NCBI GenBank assembly: GCA_049585495.1
Contig: JBAUZZ010000553.1
Coordinates: forward strand, 1 to 52,294
DNA from: Chthoniobacterales bacterium
GTDB taxonomy: Bacteria; Verrucomicrobiota; Verrucomicrobiia; Chthoniobacterales; JAFAMB01
Length of the DNA: 52,294 nucleotides
Direction of reading: 5' to 3'
Both the position numbers and the translations under genes were made by a program. The notes below the pieces were generated by a model, which searched no databases, was not told the DNA's origin, and worked only from the letters and a program-made list of their open reading frames with translations. Within the stretch, counting starts at the first letter, position 1; every line of letters begins with the position of its first letter. Shown here one piece after another: positions 1 to 8,225 of the stretch.

Positions 1-163
1 ATCGACTCTTGAGCTTCTCTGCCACCTCGCCGGTGTTGTCGGGACTTTTATCATTGACAATGATGGCGACTCCATCGTCCCAGAAAGCCGCGGGTATGCG
101 CGGTAGCGCGGACGGCAACGTCTTCTCGGCGCGGTAAGAGGGAATCACAATGGCCTTCTTCAT
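1..163 (-). CDS. glycosyltransferase family 2, N-terminal fragment (gene runs off the window start)
   Basis: Own translation from minus-strand ATG at 163-161: MKKAIVIPSYRAEKTLPSALPRIPAAFWDDGVAIIVNDKSPDNTGEVAEKLKSR. This is a GT2-like N-terminus (IVIPSY strand, then an acidic D.SPD.T block). It lies 8 nt downstream of ORF 172-1800 on the same strand. Confidence 0.6.
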   Translation of the reverse strand, partial: MKKAIVIPSYRAEKTLPSALPRIPAAFWDDGVAIIVNDKSPDNTGEVAEKLKSR

Positions 164-171
164 CGTCGGCG

Positions 172-1800
172 TTAAGTTTTCTGTGTCGATCGGAGCCGCG
201 TTCTGAATCCAATTTCCGAAGACTCGGCGGCTGACCCAGCCGCCCTACAATTTAACTTCGGATTTTGAGCCGAATCGGCCAAACCCCCGATCTGGATCGC
301 CAAAGCAGCTTTACCGCAGACCATCAGTGGTAGCGTATATCGGTCCATGTAATAGACGCAGACACAGTTAGCCAGAAACAGCACTATACTCGACAGCACC
401 AAGGTCTGAGCGAGCCAGACGGCAGGACGCGGATCGACCTTCGCCGATACGATACCGAGAGCTAGAACGACAACGAATAAAACAACAAGCGGAACTCGGC
501 CACCAAGACCCAGGTAATAATCGTGCCGGGAACGCTCAAGCTCCAAAGTTGCGCGGCGATAATCGAGCGAAGGCAAACTGTCGACCGCGAGAAAGAGTTC
601 AGGCTGCTGAAGCCGAAGGCGCGCACCGCCTTGATTGGAGATAAATACTGTACGGCTTAGTTTTCCGTTCGTTGCCCGAATAAACCCGTTTGAAAAGTCA
701 CGCCAGATTAGGGAGAGCAACCGGGGATGCAGAGTCTTCAAGTAAGCCAGGCTCGCGGCGAAGATCACTCGTTCGCTCTCTGCCTGGATTCTCACTTTGG
801 GAACACCGTTGGCGAGCAAAGCATCACGGATAACCTGGTCCGCGCCCAGACTATAAGATCCTTTCTCCAACTGGGCGTGGATCGCAACGCGAACGATTGG
901 GTTCGGTTGAGCCGAAGCCAGCTTATCAGCTAACTCCCGTTTTTCCGAGGCGGGGAGTCTGTTCAAAAAAGTTGCAACCCGATCGCTTAGGGTGACTCCC
1001 ATGCTCGGGCGATATTCGTCTCCGACAGCAGCAATCATCGCCCGGGCAAGCGCAACGTTAGCCGAGAAAGCTATCACCACGCAGAGCGCTGCTACTCCGG
1101 CCCGGAGCAATTGTCGCCGCCATTCAGGTTGACGGTGCCAGAGCAGCCAGCCACCTATCCCAATGAATGCAAGTGGCAGGCTGGCGCCAAGAATGACATT
1201 GATGTGCCGCGTTCCGATCGCCGTGAAGAATGCCACCGTAAAACCGATCCAGTAGCGCAGACGAGGTTTCTCCAAAGTGCGGAGACCGAAAGCGACGGTA
1301 AACAAAATAGCCGTGACGCTGAGCGATTCGGAACCGGCACATTGTTGTTGCGCATAGAGGCTGCTGGCCAGCAAGAAACAGAGGGTAACGATTCCCGTTC
1401 CCAGCACTGAACTGCTGCAGCACTTCGCCAGGAAAACAAGCGCTGCGACGAACGCTAAGTGTTGGCAGATAATCAGCGCATAAATCCCGGTCAGGGAAGG
1501 CGACTGCGCTGCGAACAGATTAAGCGTTGGGATCGGCTGGCCCATCAGCGCAGCCGAGGCCGCGTCGCCAATCCAGAAAGGGATCCGACCCAGGAAGCAA
1601 TACAGTGGCGGATAGTGCAGGATGTTAGCCGCACCTGCCGGCCAGACCAGTTGCGCGACCGCGTCGATATCCTTCCACAGGATAGGATAAAACAACAGCA
1701 AGTAGACTGACGGCAGGCACAGGAAGATGGCCGGATGCTGGCCCACAAATTCGAGGGGACCGGTCACCCATTTCAGTAAACGCACCAACCCGAAATACAC
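172..1800 (-). CDS. polytopic membrane protein of an uncharacterised family, possibly a GT-C-like glycosyltransferase; paralog of 44683-46206
   Basis: 542-aa ORF with many hydrophobic segments. The block WKDIDAVAQLVWPAGAANILHYPPLYCFLGRIPFWI is shared with the 44683-46269 ORF, and similarity is collinear along the whole length. The last ~25 codons read through a REP hairpin. Confidence 0.8.
   Translation of the reverse strand: MYFGLVRLLKWVTGPLEFVGQHPAIFLCLPSVYLLLFYPILWKDIDAVAQLVWPAGAANILHYPPLYCFLGRIPFWIGDAASAALMGQPIPTLNLFAAQSPSLTGIYALIICQHLAFVAALVFLAKCCSSSVLGTGIVTLCFLLASSLYAQQQCAGSESLSVTAILFTVAFGLRTLEKPRLRYWIGFTVAFFTAIGTRHINVILGASLPLAFIGIGGWLLWHRQPEWRRQLLRAGVAALCVVIAFSANVALARAMIAAVGDEYRPSMGVTLSDRVATFLNRLPASEKRELADKLASAQPNPIVRVAIHAQLEKGSYSLGADQVIRDALLANGVPKVRIQAESERVIFAASLAYLKTLHPRLLSLIWRDFSNGFIRATNGKLSRTVFISNQGGARLRLQQPELFLAVDSLPSLDYRRATLELERSRHDYYLGLGGRVPLVVLFVVVLALGIVSAKVDPRPAVWLAQTLVLSSIVLFLANCVCVYYMDRYTLPLMVCGKAALAIQIGGLADSAQNPKLNCRAAGSAAESSEIGFRTRLRSTQKT
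227..250 (-). repeat. REP-like hairpin with GTAG head (GGCGGCTG-ACC-CAGCCGCC then CTACAA on the + strand)
   Basis: Sequence ggcggctgacccagccgccctacaa, the same unit seen at >=14 other sites. It lies inside the 3' end of ORF 172-1800 and encodes ...NCRAAGSAAE... Confidence 0.85.
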
Positions 1801-1941
1801 GCTTCACTGCCTAGCAGCTTTTGCCGCCAGATCCATAGAAATTGCCAGAACGCAAACCCGGCTACATGTGGTAGGGCCAAGTTTCCCACCCACAACGCTT
1901 CGCGTAGCGATGCGGGCGGACACCTTGGCCTGATGCTTGAT

Positions 1942-2187
1942 TCAGGACGCGCTTGCCGTCCGCCCCTTGGTTTGATAACTCGCCCAGCAGTCGCCGCAGT
2001 AGCGTGACAACACATTTAGATCACGCGCGGTGCCGTAGCCAATATCAAGGATCGATGACGGTGAAGTAGAGAGGTAACGGCTGAATAGGCGAAGACACAT
2101 CCGGGGCGTAGCCTCGTCTTCTTCGGGATAAATCAACTCATAGAGCTCTGGTCGTCGATACAGGAGATTCCGCGTCTCCGGATCCAT
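1942..2187 (-). pseudogene. truncated class I SAM-dependent methyltransferase (N-terminal ~75 codons only)
   Basis: The 81-aa ORF MDPETRNLLYRRPELYELIY...SSILDIGYGTARDLNVL carries a degenerate motif I (ILDIG.GT) and then stops. No recognisable continuation in any frame down to 1801. Confidence 0.45.
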
Positions 2188-2259
2188 ATTGGAGTATTCT
2201 ATCTGAAGTTTCTGCTATCGGCAGCAACAGATGGCCGGCTCCAATGGACTTGCCGAGCC

Positions 2260-2284
2260 GGCGGCTGAGGCCAGCCGCCCTACA
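2260..2284 (-). repeat. REP-like hairpin with GTAG head
   Basis: ggcggctgaggccagccgccctaca, an 8-bp stem plus CTAC tail, ~85 nt upstream of qor. Confidence 0.8.
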
Positions 2285-2369
2285 AATGTGGCGTAGCCCG
2301 TTTTTGTTCATTCCCCCTTTCCTTGACACAGAGACCCTCCCGTCTCACCCTGGCCGATCGGTCAATTTT

Positions 2370-3365
2370 ATGAAGGCGATTCGATTACATTCCCAGGGCG
2401 GGCCAGAGGTCCTGCAATTCGAGGATGTCCCACTGCCAGAGCTCAAACCCGGCGAGGCGCTTGTCCGCGTCAATGCGGCTGGTGTGAATTTTCTCGATGT
2501 CTACCAGCGGACCGGACTTTACAAGATACCCTTACCGTTTACGCCCGGCATGGAGGGTGCCGGCACCATCGAGCGCGTAAGCGGCGATAGTGAGCTTCAG
2601 CCGGGTGCGCGGGTGAACTGGACGATGCAGCCCGGTGCTTACGCGGAATTCGCCGCTGTGCCGGCCTGGAAGTTGGTTCAGCTCCCCGATGGTATCGACT
2701 TTCAGGCTGCCGCAGCCGCCATGCTTCAAGGCATGACTGCGCAGTATCTCTGCGAAACAACCTATCCGGTCAAAGCTGGTGATAGCGTACTAGTACACGC
2801 GGGTGCCGGTGGGGTGGGTCTCCTGCTGATACAACTCCTGCGGCGAAAGGGAGCCAAAGTCTTCACAACCGTTTCGACCGATGCGAAAGCTGCCCTGGCA
2901 AAAGAGGCAGGAGCCGATGAAGCGATCCTTTACACCAAAGAAGATTTTGTTGCAGCAGTAAAAGCCTTCACGAAGGGGCAAGGCGTCCAGGTTGTTTACG
3001 ATTCGGTCGGCGCTTCGACTTACGAAGGGAGTCTCAATGTTCTCCGGCCGCTGGGTATGCTGGTGCTCTTCGGCCAATCCGGCGGCCGCGTCCCGCCGAT
3101 TGATCCAATTAATCTTACCGACAAGGGATCCCTTTTTCTCGCCAGACCCAGCCTTGGTCATCACATTGCAGATCGAAACAGCTTGTTGGAGCGAGCCTCG
3201 AAAGTCCTGGGCTGGGTCGCAACCGGAGCTTTGAAAGTCCGGATTGGAAAGGTCTATCCGCTGTCCGGAGTTCCAGAGGCGCACCGCGACCTGGAAGCGC
3301 GGAAAACGACTGGCAAGCTGATTATCGACGTTACGGATGACCAGAAGGAGACTGTATCGGCGTAA
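2370..3365 (+). CDS. qor: NADPH:quinone oxidoreductase (zinc-type ADH superfamily)
   Basis: ORF 2244-3365 trimmed to the internal ATG at 2370. MKAIRLHSQGGPEVLQFEDVPLPELKPGEALVRVNAAGVNFLDVYQRTGLY plus the AGAGGVG nucleotide motif. The upstream extension overlaps a REP. Confidence 0.9.
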   Translation: MKAIRLHSQGGPEVLQFEDVPLPELKPGEALVRVNAAGVNFLDVYQRTGLYKIPLPFTPGMEGAGTIERVSGDSELQPGARVNWTMQPGAYAEFAAVPAWKLVQLPDGIDFQAAAAAMLQGMTAQYLCETTYPVKAGDSVLVHAGAGGVGLLLIQLLRRKGAKVFTTVSTDAKAALAKEAGADEAILYTKEDFVAAVKAFTKGQGVQVVYDSVGASTYEGSLNVLRPLGMLVLFGQSGGRVPPIDPINLTDKGSLFLARPSLGHHIADRNSLLERASKVLGWVATGALKVRIGKVYPLSGVPEAHRDLEARKTTGKLIIDVTDDQKETVSA

Positions 3366-3553
3366 CGGCGTTCCGGCGTGTCGGCGTAAGTCTTCTCGGT
3401 CTCGGATCGTCACTCACTGATCTGAGCTTGCGGAGTGTTGGCGATCCTAAGAAGGCTTGGCCAATCATGCTCAGAAAATCCTTTGCTGTTTTCATGGCCT
3501 GTGCCTCGTTTCTAAATGCACGCCGATACGCCCACACGCCGATACGCCGACAC
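3366..3553. repeat. inverted low-complexity arms of the GTCGGCGT-word type
   Basis: Left arm cggcgttccggcgtgtcggcgtaag (3366-3390). Right arm cacgccgatacgcccacacgccgatacgccgacac (3519-3553) is the reverse complement of gtgtcggcgtatcggcgtgtgggcgtatcggcgtg. Starts directly after the qor stop. Confidence 0.7.
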
Positions 3554-3629
3554 CTTCATTCCCTCCCGTAACACGGGATCTCCGCCGCGGCGGATCGTCC
3601 TGCCGAATTCATCGCCCTAAGCTGCCACC

Positions 3630-4787
3630 ATGGACTTACTTGCCTCGATCCTGGCAGATGAGCAGGCCCGCAGGGATGCCTTCCCGATCTGCGAGAACAA
3701 GGTGTTTATGGCGCATGCCGCGGTAACAACCCTTCCGCGGGTAGTTGCCGACGCGATGGTCGACCTGGCCCGCGGCGCTTCTACCGATGTTCGAGATTTT
3801 GCCGAGACACTTAAGATGATTCAGCAGACCAGGGAGCTCGCTGCGCGGCTGATCCATGCTGGACCCGAGGAGATCGCGTTGCTCGGACCCACATCGCTCG
3901 GGCTCAGTCTCTTTGCGAACGGAATCGATTGGCAGGTAGGTGACGAAGTCATCTGTTACCTGGACGACTATCCGGCAAACGTTTACCCATGGTTGAACCT
4001 TCGCACCCGGGGAGTAGCCGTCCATTTCCTCGAGCCACCAGCGCCCGGCGCGATCACGCCGGAGCTGGTTGAGGAAGCTCTAAGCCCGAAGACCAGGCTG
4101 GTCGCTCTTGCCTCTTGTCATTTTGTCTCTGGCTACCGGATTGATATCGCGGGCATTGGGAAACTATTGCGCGAGCGCGGAATTCTGTTTTCGCTCGATG
4201 CGATACAAACTCTGGGGGCGTTCCCGACAACGGTCGAGCATGTTGACTTCCTCAGCGCCGACGCGCACAAATGGCTTCTCGGTCCGCTTGCGATCGGCAT
4301 TGTGTATATCCGCAAGGAATGGTTCGAGCTATGCCGCCCCACTTTGCTTGGATCCTGGAACATCAAGGCTCCGGGCTTCATGGCGCAGCCGGAAATCGAA
4401 TTCCTGCCGACTGCCCAGCGTTATGAGCCCGGCGCCTTGAATTTGTCAGGAATCGCCGGGATGAAAGCTGCAATCGAACTCTTCCTCGAGGTCGGTATCG
4501 ACCGAGTCGCCGAACGGATCTTGTCGATCCGGACACGGTTGGCAAAGGGGCTGGAGGAGCTAGGTTTTCGATTGCTTGATGCATCGCTGGCTTCGGCCCA
4601 GTCGGGAATCACAACCGTCTCGCATCCATCTCGGGATGTCACTGCGCTCTTCGAGAAGCTCAGCCGCGAAAATATTGTCTGTTCGCCGAGAGAAGACCGC
4701 GCAGGAACGAAATTTCTCCGCTTCAGCCCCCATTTTTATAATACGGAGGCGGAGGTGGATCGGGTGCTCGAGGCGCTGCGAGCTTAA
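3630..4787 (+). CDS. class V aminotransferase / cysteine desulfurase-like PLP enzyme
   Basis: 385-aa ORF with fold-type I features: SCHFVSGYRIDI, DAIQTLG, and SADAHKWLLGP (PLP lysine context). Confidence 0.88.
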   Translation: MDLLASILADEQARRDAFPICENKVFMAHAAVTTLPRVVADAMVDLARGASTDVRDFAETLKMIQQTRELAARLIHAGPEEIALLGPTSLGLSLFANGIDWQVGDEVICYLDDYPANVYPWLNLRTRGVAVHFLEPPAPGAITPELVEEALSPKTRLVALASCHFVSGYRIDIAGIGKLLRERGILFSLDAIQTLGAFPTTVEHVDFLSADAHKWLLGPLAIGIVYIRKEWFELCRPTLLGSWNIKAPGFMAQPEIEFLPTAQRYEPGALNLSGIAGMKAAIELFLEVGIDRVAERILSIRTRLAKGLEELGFRLLDASLASAQSGITTVSHPSRDVTALFEKLSRENIVCSPREDRAGTKFLRFSPHFYNTEAEVDRVLEALRA

Positions 4788-4840
4788 GTGTTGGCGTGCC
4801 CGGTCGAGGAAATGTGTCGGCGTGTCGGCGTATCGGCGTT
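4788..4840 (+). repeat. solo GTCGGCGT-word arm filling a convergent intergenic gap
   Basis: gtgttggcgtgcc...tgtgtcggcgtgtcggcgtatcggcgtt occupies all 53 nt between the stop codons at 4787 and 4841. Confidence 0.7.
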
Positions 4841-5614
4841 TTACGAGAATGTTGGGTACGCGGCGAACCGTCCCCAATAGACTCTGGTCTCGTATTCCAT
4901 TCTGACGTGCCCGTTTGTCTGGTAAGAATCGAAGAGGTCGGCAACGGCGCTCATCACTTCCGCATTGCCGGGTTGGCCAACATTTGGCACGTACGAGGAG
5001 GACAGGACCCGACCAAGAAGCGATTCCTTGTCCAGGAATTGAGGATGCGGGAAAGTGAAGAACTGAACAGGGTACGGCCCAAAGAAAGCCTGAATTTGCT
5101 CGAGCGTAACCCGCCGATGCACGACCTTTGGATATTCCAGCACCAGGCTTTGGAGAACTGATTCGTATCCACGCTGGAAATCGGACGCCTCGTCCAGGCG
5201 TTCATTCCAGATAATCGCAACCGGAGCACTTGCCCGCAAAATCCGGCTAAACTCCGATCTCGTCTTCGCTTGATCGAACCAGTGGAATGACTGGGCGCAG
5301 GTGATCAGATCAATCGAGCCCGCCGCTAACGTCGTCGCCTCGGAAGTACCAGGAACTCGGTGAAATCCAGGGGACCGTCCCAAGCTTCGTTCCGCGGCTT
5401 GCGCCATGGGCCCGTTTGGTTCGACCGCAAAAACTTCGTACCCGGCCTCGAGCAGCTGAGCCGTCAGAATACCAGTACCAGAGCCGATGTCAGCGACCCG
5501 AGCCGGCGCTGGAACGGATTTCGTCAGGTACTGCAGCATCGCGGCCGGGTAGTCCGGGCGGTATTTTGCATAATTTTCAACACGGTCGCTGAAGCGTTCG
5601 GTCGGGGATTTCAT
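4841..5614 (-). CDS. class I SAM-dependent methyltransferase
   Basis: ORF 4841-5635. Motif I VADIGSGTGILT, then EVFAVEPN. The ATG at 5614 has GGAG 7 nt upstream. The ATG at 5635 is an alternative start, but it lies in low-complexity DNA. Confidence 0.85.
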   Translation of the reverse strand: MKSPTERFSDRVENYAKYRPDYPAAMLQYLTKSVPAPARVADIGSGTGILTAQLLEAGYEVFAVEPNGPMAQAAERSLGRSPGFHRVPGTSEATTLAAGSIDLITCAQSFHWFDQAKTRSEFSRILRASAPVAIIWNERLDEASDFQRGYESVLQSLVLEYPKVVHRRVTLEQIQAFFGPYPVQFFTFPHPQFLDKESLLGRVLSSSYVPNVGQPGNAEVMSAVADLFDSYQTNGHVRMEYETRVYWGRFAAYPTFS

Positions 5615-5650
5615 TCCATTACTCCAATACTCCATTACTCCACAGACCAG

Positions 5651-5778
5651 CTCGAATAAATTCTCGCCCTACCACTCTGCTTGCCCACCACTCTGACCCA
5701 TCCATTCTGACTCCTCGAATAAATTCTCGCCCTACCGCTCTGTTGGCCCTAACCCTCTGACCCCACCCTATCTGACTC
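5651..5778 (+). repeat. tandem duplication of ~63-65 bp, two units
   Basis: Units at 5651-5713 and 5714-5778. Both start with the identical 23-mer ctcgaataaattctcgccctacc and end in ctgactc. Located upstream of hom. Confidence 0.85.
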
Positions 5779-5838
5779 CTACTCGCCCTCGTTTTCCCCC
5801 TTTACACGCTGCGAAGATTCCGCGAAGGATCCTTCTTT

Positions 5839-7128
5839 ATGCGGCAAATTGGAATTGGGCTCGCCGGCTTGGGTACGGTCGGCACCGGTGTGTTCCGGTA
5901 CCTGCTGCAAAATCGGGTGCTGCTTGCCGAACGCCTAGGGCTGGAACTATCTGTCCGCCGGATCGCGGTACGCAACCCCTCCTTGTTCCGGAGCGTCCAA
6001 CCGGCAGCAGACATCCTGACGTCGCATTGGGAAGCCGTCGTTGACGATCCAAGCGTTGAGATCGTGGTAGAGTTGATGGGTGGTATCGAGATCCCATTCG
6101 AGTTTTTTATGCGGGCGCTGGAAGTGAGCAAACCAGTCGTTACTGGCAACAAGGCCCTCCTGGCCGAGCATGGTGTGGAGATCTTCCAGAAGGCGTCTGA
6201 GAAGGGTGTCCCGGTCTTTTTTGAGGCAGCGGTTGCCGGCGGAATCCCGATTATCAAATCCATCCGTGAAGCCTTTATCGGGAATCATATCGAATCGGTC
6301 CACGCCATCCTGAACGGAACCAGCAATTACATTTTAACCCGGATGACGGAATCCGGACTCGAGTTTCCCGAATCCCTTCGCGAAGCGCAAAACGCGGGGT
6401 ACGCCGAGGCGGATCCGACCCTTGACATTAATGGATGGGATGCTGCGCACAAAGCAATTATCCTCGCATCTCTGGCTTACGGGTTCTGGGTAAACACTGA
6501 TCAGATTCATGTCGAAGGGATCGAGAGAGTCACGGCAGCTGACATCCGATTTGCCGATGGTCTGGGTTACCGGATCAAATTGGTCGCAACGATTCGCGCA
6601 AATGATGACAGCTCGATCGAGGTCCGGGTTCACCCGACGCTCGTACCAAAGAGCCATGTGCTGGCGTCGGTCAACGGGGTATTCAACGCCTTGATGGTTC
6701 GCGGCGACATTGTTGGAGATACTCTTTTCTACGGACGGGGCGCTGGTCAGGATCCGACGGCAAGCTCGGTCATCAGCGACTTGGCCCAAGCGGCAATCTG
6801 GTTGGACTCGGGCGGCAAAGCGTTCGGCTTTGTTCCTCACGGCCTTTACGGCAAATGCCTGCCGGTCGATCAGATCCATTCCGCGTTTTATCTGCGGCTA
6901 ACAGTCGAGGACAAGCCTGGCGTCCTTGCTCAGATTGCAAGTATCCTCGGCTCGCATCAGATTGGAATTTCTTCGGTGATCCAGCCGGAAAGCCACGAGG
7001 TTACCGCTGTTCCGCTCGTTCTGATGATCCACGACGCGCCGTTCGGGCGCACCCAGGCCGCCGTCAAACGAATCGCGAGTCTTGAGTGTGTGAAAGCACC
7101 TCCGGTCGTACTCTGGGTTTTGTCGTGA
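5839..7128 (+). CDS. hom: homoserine dehydrogenase
   Basis: MRQIGIGLAGLGTVGTGV NAD motif, NGTSNYILT, AEADPT.DINGWDAAHK, and a C-terminal ACT-like domain. Confidence 0.95.
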   Translation: MRQIGIGLAGLGTVGTGVFRYLLQNRVLLAERLGLELSVRRIAVRNPSLFRSVQPAADILTSHWEAVVDDPSVEIVVELMGGIEIPFEFFMRALEVSKPVVTGNKALLAEHGVEIFQKASEKGVPVFFEAAVAGGIPIIKSIREAFIGNHIESVHAILNGTSNYILTRMTESGLEFPESLREAQNAGYAEADPTLDINGWDAAHKAIILASLAYGFWVNTDQIHVEGIERVTAADIRFADGLGYRIKLVATIRANDDSSIEVRVHPTLVPKSHVLASVNGVFNALMVRGDIVGDTLFYGRGAGQDPTASSVISDLAQAAIWLDSGGKAFGFVPHGLYGKCLPVDQIHSAFYLRLTVEDKPGVLAQIASILGSHQIGISSVIQPESHEVTAVPLVLMIHDAPFGRTQAAVKRIASLECVKAPPVVLWVLS

Positions 7129-8225
7129 AGGCTGCGTCCGCAACAGAGCATCTGAAGATCGGTGTCATTGACCGCTACCGGCGATTTTTGCCAGTCGGTG
7201 CGGCTACCCCGGTTGTTACTTTAAACGAGGGATCGACGCCGCTCATCCACTCGCCCCGCTTGAGCACGATTGTCGGCCGCTCGCAGGTATTTTTGAAATT
7301 CGAGGGAGCCAATCCGACCGGCTCGTTTAAGGATCGAGGAATGACGGTCGCCGTAAGCAAGGCCGTAGAGCACGGCGCAAGATTGCTCGTCTGCGCTTCG
7401 ACTGGGAATACATCTGCGGCTGCTGCCGCCTATGCCGCCCGAGCCAGGGTGCGTTGTGCGGTCTTGTTGCCGGCCGGCAGGATTGCGATGGGGAAATTGG
7501 CCCAGGCCTTTGTCTACGGAGCCTCAGTGATTGCCATTGACGGCAATTTCGATACCTGTCTGCAGCTAATTCGCGAGCTCGCGTCCGAACCCGGCGTGGC
7601 TGTTGTCAACTCCATTAACCCGGACCGCCTGGAAGGCCAGAAAACCGCGGCTTTCGAGGTTGTCGACAACCTCGGCGACGCTCCGGACATTCATGTTCTT
7701 CCGGTCGGGAACGCCGGTAACATCAGTGCCTATTGGAAGGGATACAAAGAGTACGCCGAGCACGGGTTCGCGACCCGGGTTCCCCGGATGATCGGTTTCC
7801 AAGCGGCGGGCGCTGCCCCAATCTACTTTGACAAGGTGATCGAGAATCCGGAAACAGCCGCCTCGGCGATCCGGATCGGGAATCCGGCGAGCTGGGCACT
7901 GGCTAAAGCTGCGATCGCGGAATCCCGTGGCGCGGTCGATATCGTGACCGACGAGGAAATTTTCGCTGCGCAGCGATGGCTGGCCATCAACGAGGGAATT
8001 TTTGTCGAGCCGGCCAGCGCGACCGCAGTCGCCGGGCTCCTGAAGTGCAGCAGCGAGACTCCTTGCGCCCGGTGCCCATTTTCTGAGTCGGGCGAGCCCC
8101 GCACGATCGTTGTGACCCTCACCGGCCATGGACTAAAAGACGTAGGCGCGGTTTTAGATCGCTGCGCGGCGCCAGTTCAAGCACCAGCCAGTAAAACCGC
8201 CATTCTCGAAATTCTTCAGGCATGA
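7125..8225 (+). CDS. thrC: threonine synthase
   Basis: YRRFLPV...PVVTLNEGSTPLI, FEGANPTGSFKDRG (PLP lysine), GNAGN. The GTG at 7125 overlaps the hom stop (GTGA). The ORF-track start at 7086 lies inside hom. Confidence 0.92.
   Translation: MKAASATEHLKIGVIDRYRRFLPVGAATPVVTLNEGSTPLIHSPRLSTIVGRSQVFLKFEGANPTGSFKDRGMTVAVSKAVEHGARLLVCASTGNTSAAAAAYAARARVRCAVLLPAGRIAMGKLAQAFVYGASVIAIDGNFDTCLQLIRELASEPGVAVVNSINPDRLEGQKTAAFEVVDNLGDAPDIHVLPVGNAGNISAYWKGYKEYAEHGFATRVPRMIGFQAAGAAPIYFDKVIENPETAASAIRIGNPASWALAKAAIAESRGAVDIVTDEEIFAAQRWLAINEGIFVEPASATAVAGLLKCSSETPCARCPFSESGEPRTIVVTLTGHGLKDVGAVLDRCAAPVQAPASKTAILEILQA

Noticed and set aside
2244-2369. N-terminal extensions proposed by the ORF track (2244, 7086, 15583, 17793, 18226, 18281, 22382, 39244, 46269, 49274)
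   Set aside because: The extensions run through REPs or upstream genes, or use TTG. Internal ATG/GTG starts give canonical N-termini and stop/start overlaps (ATGA/GTGA) with the preceding gene.
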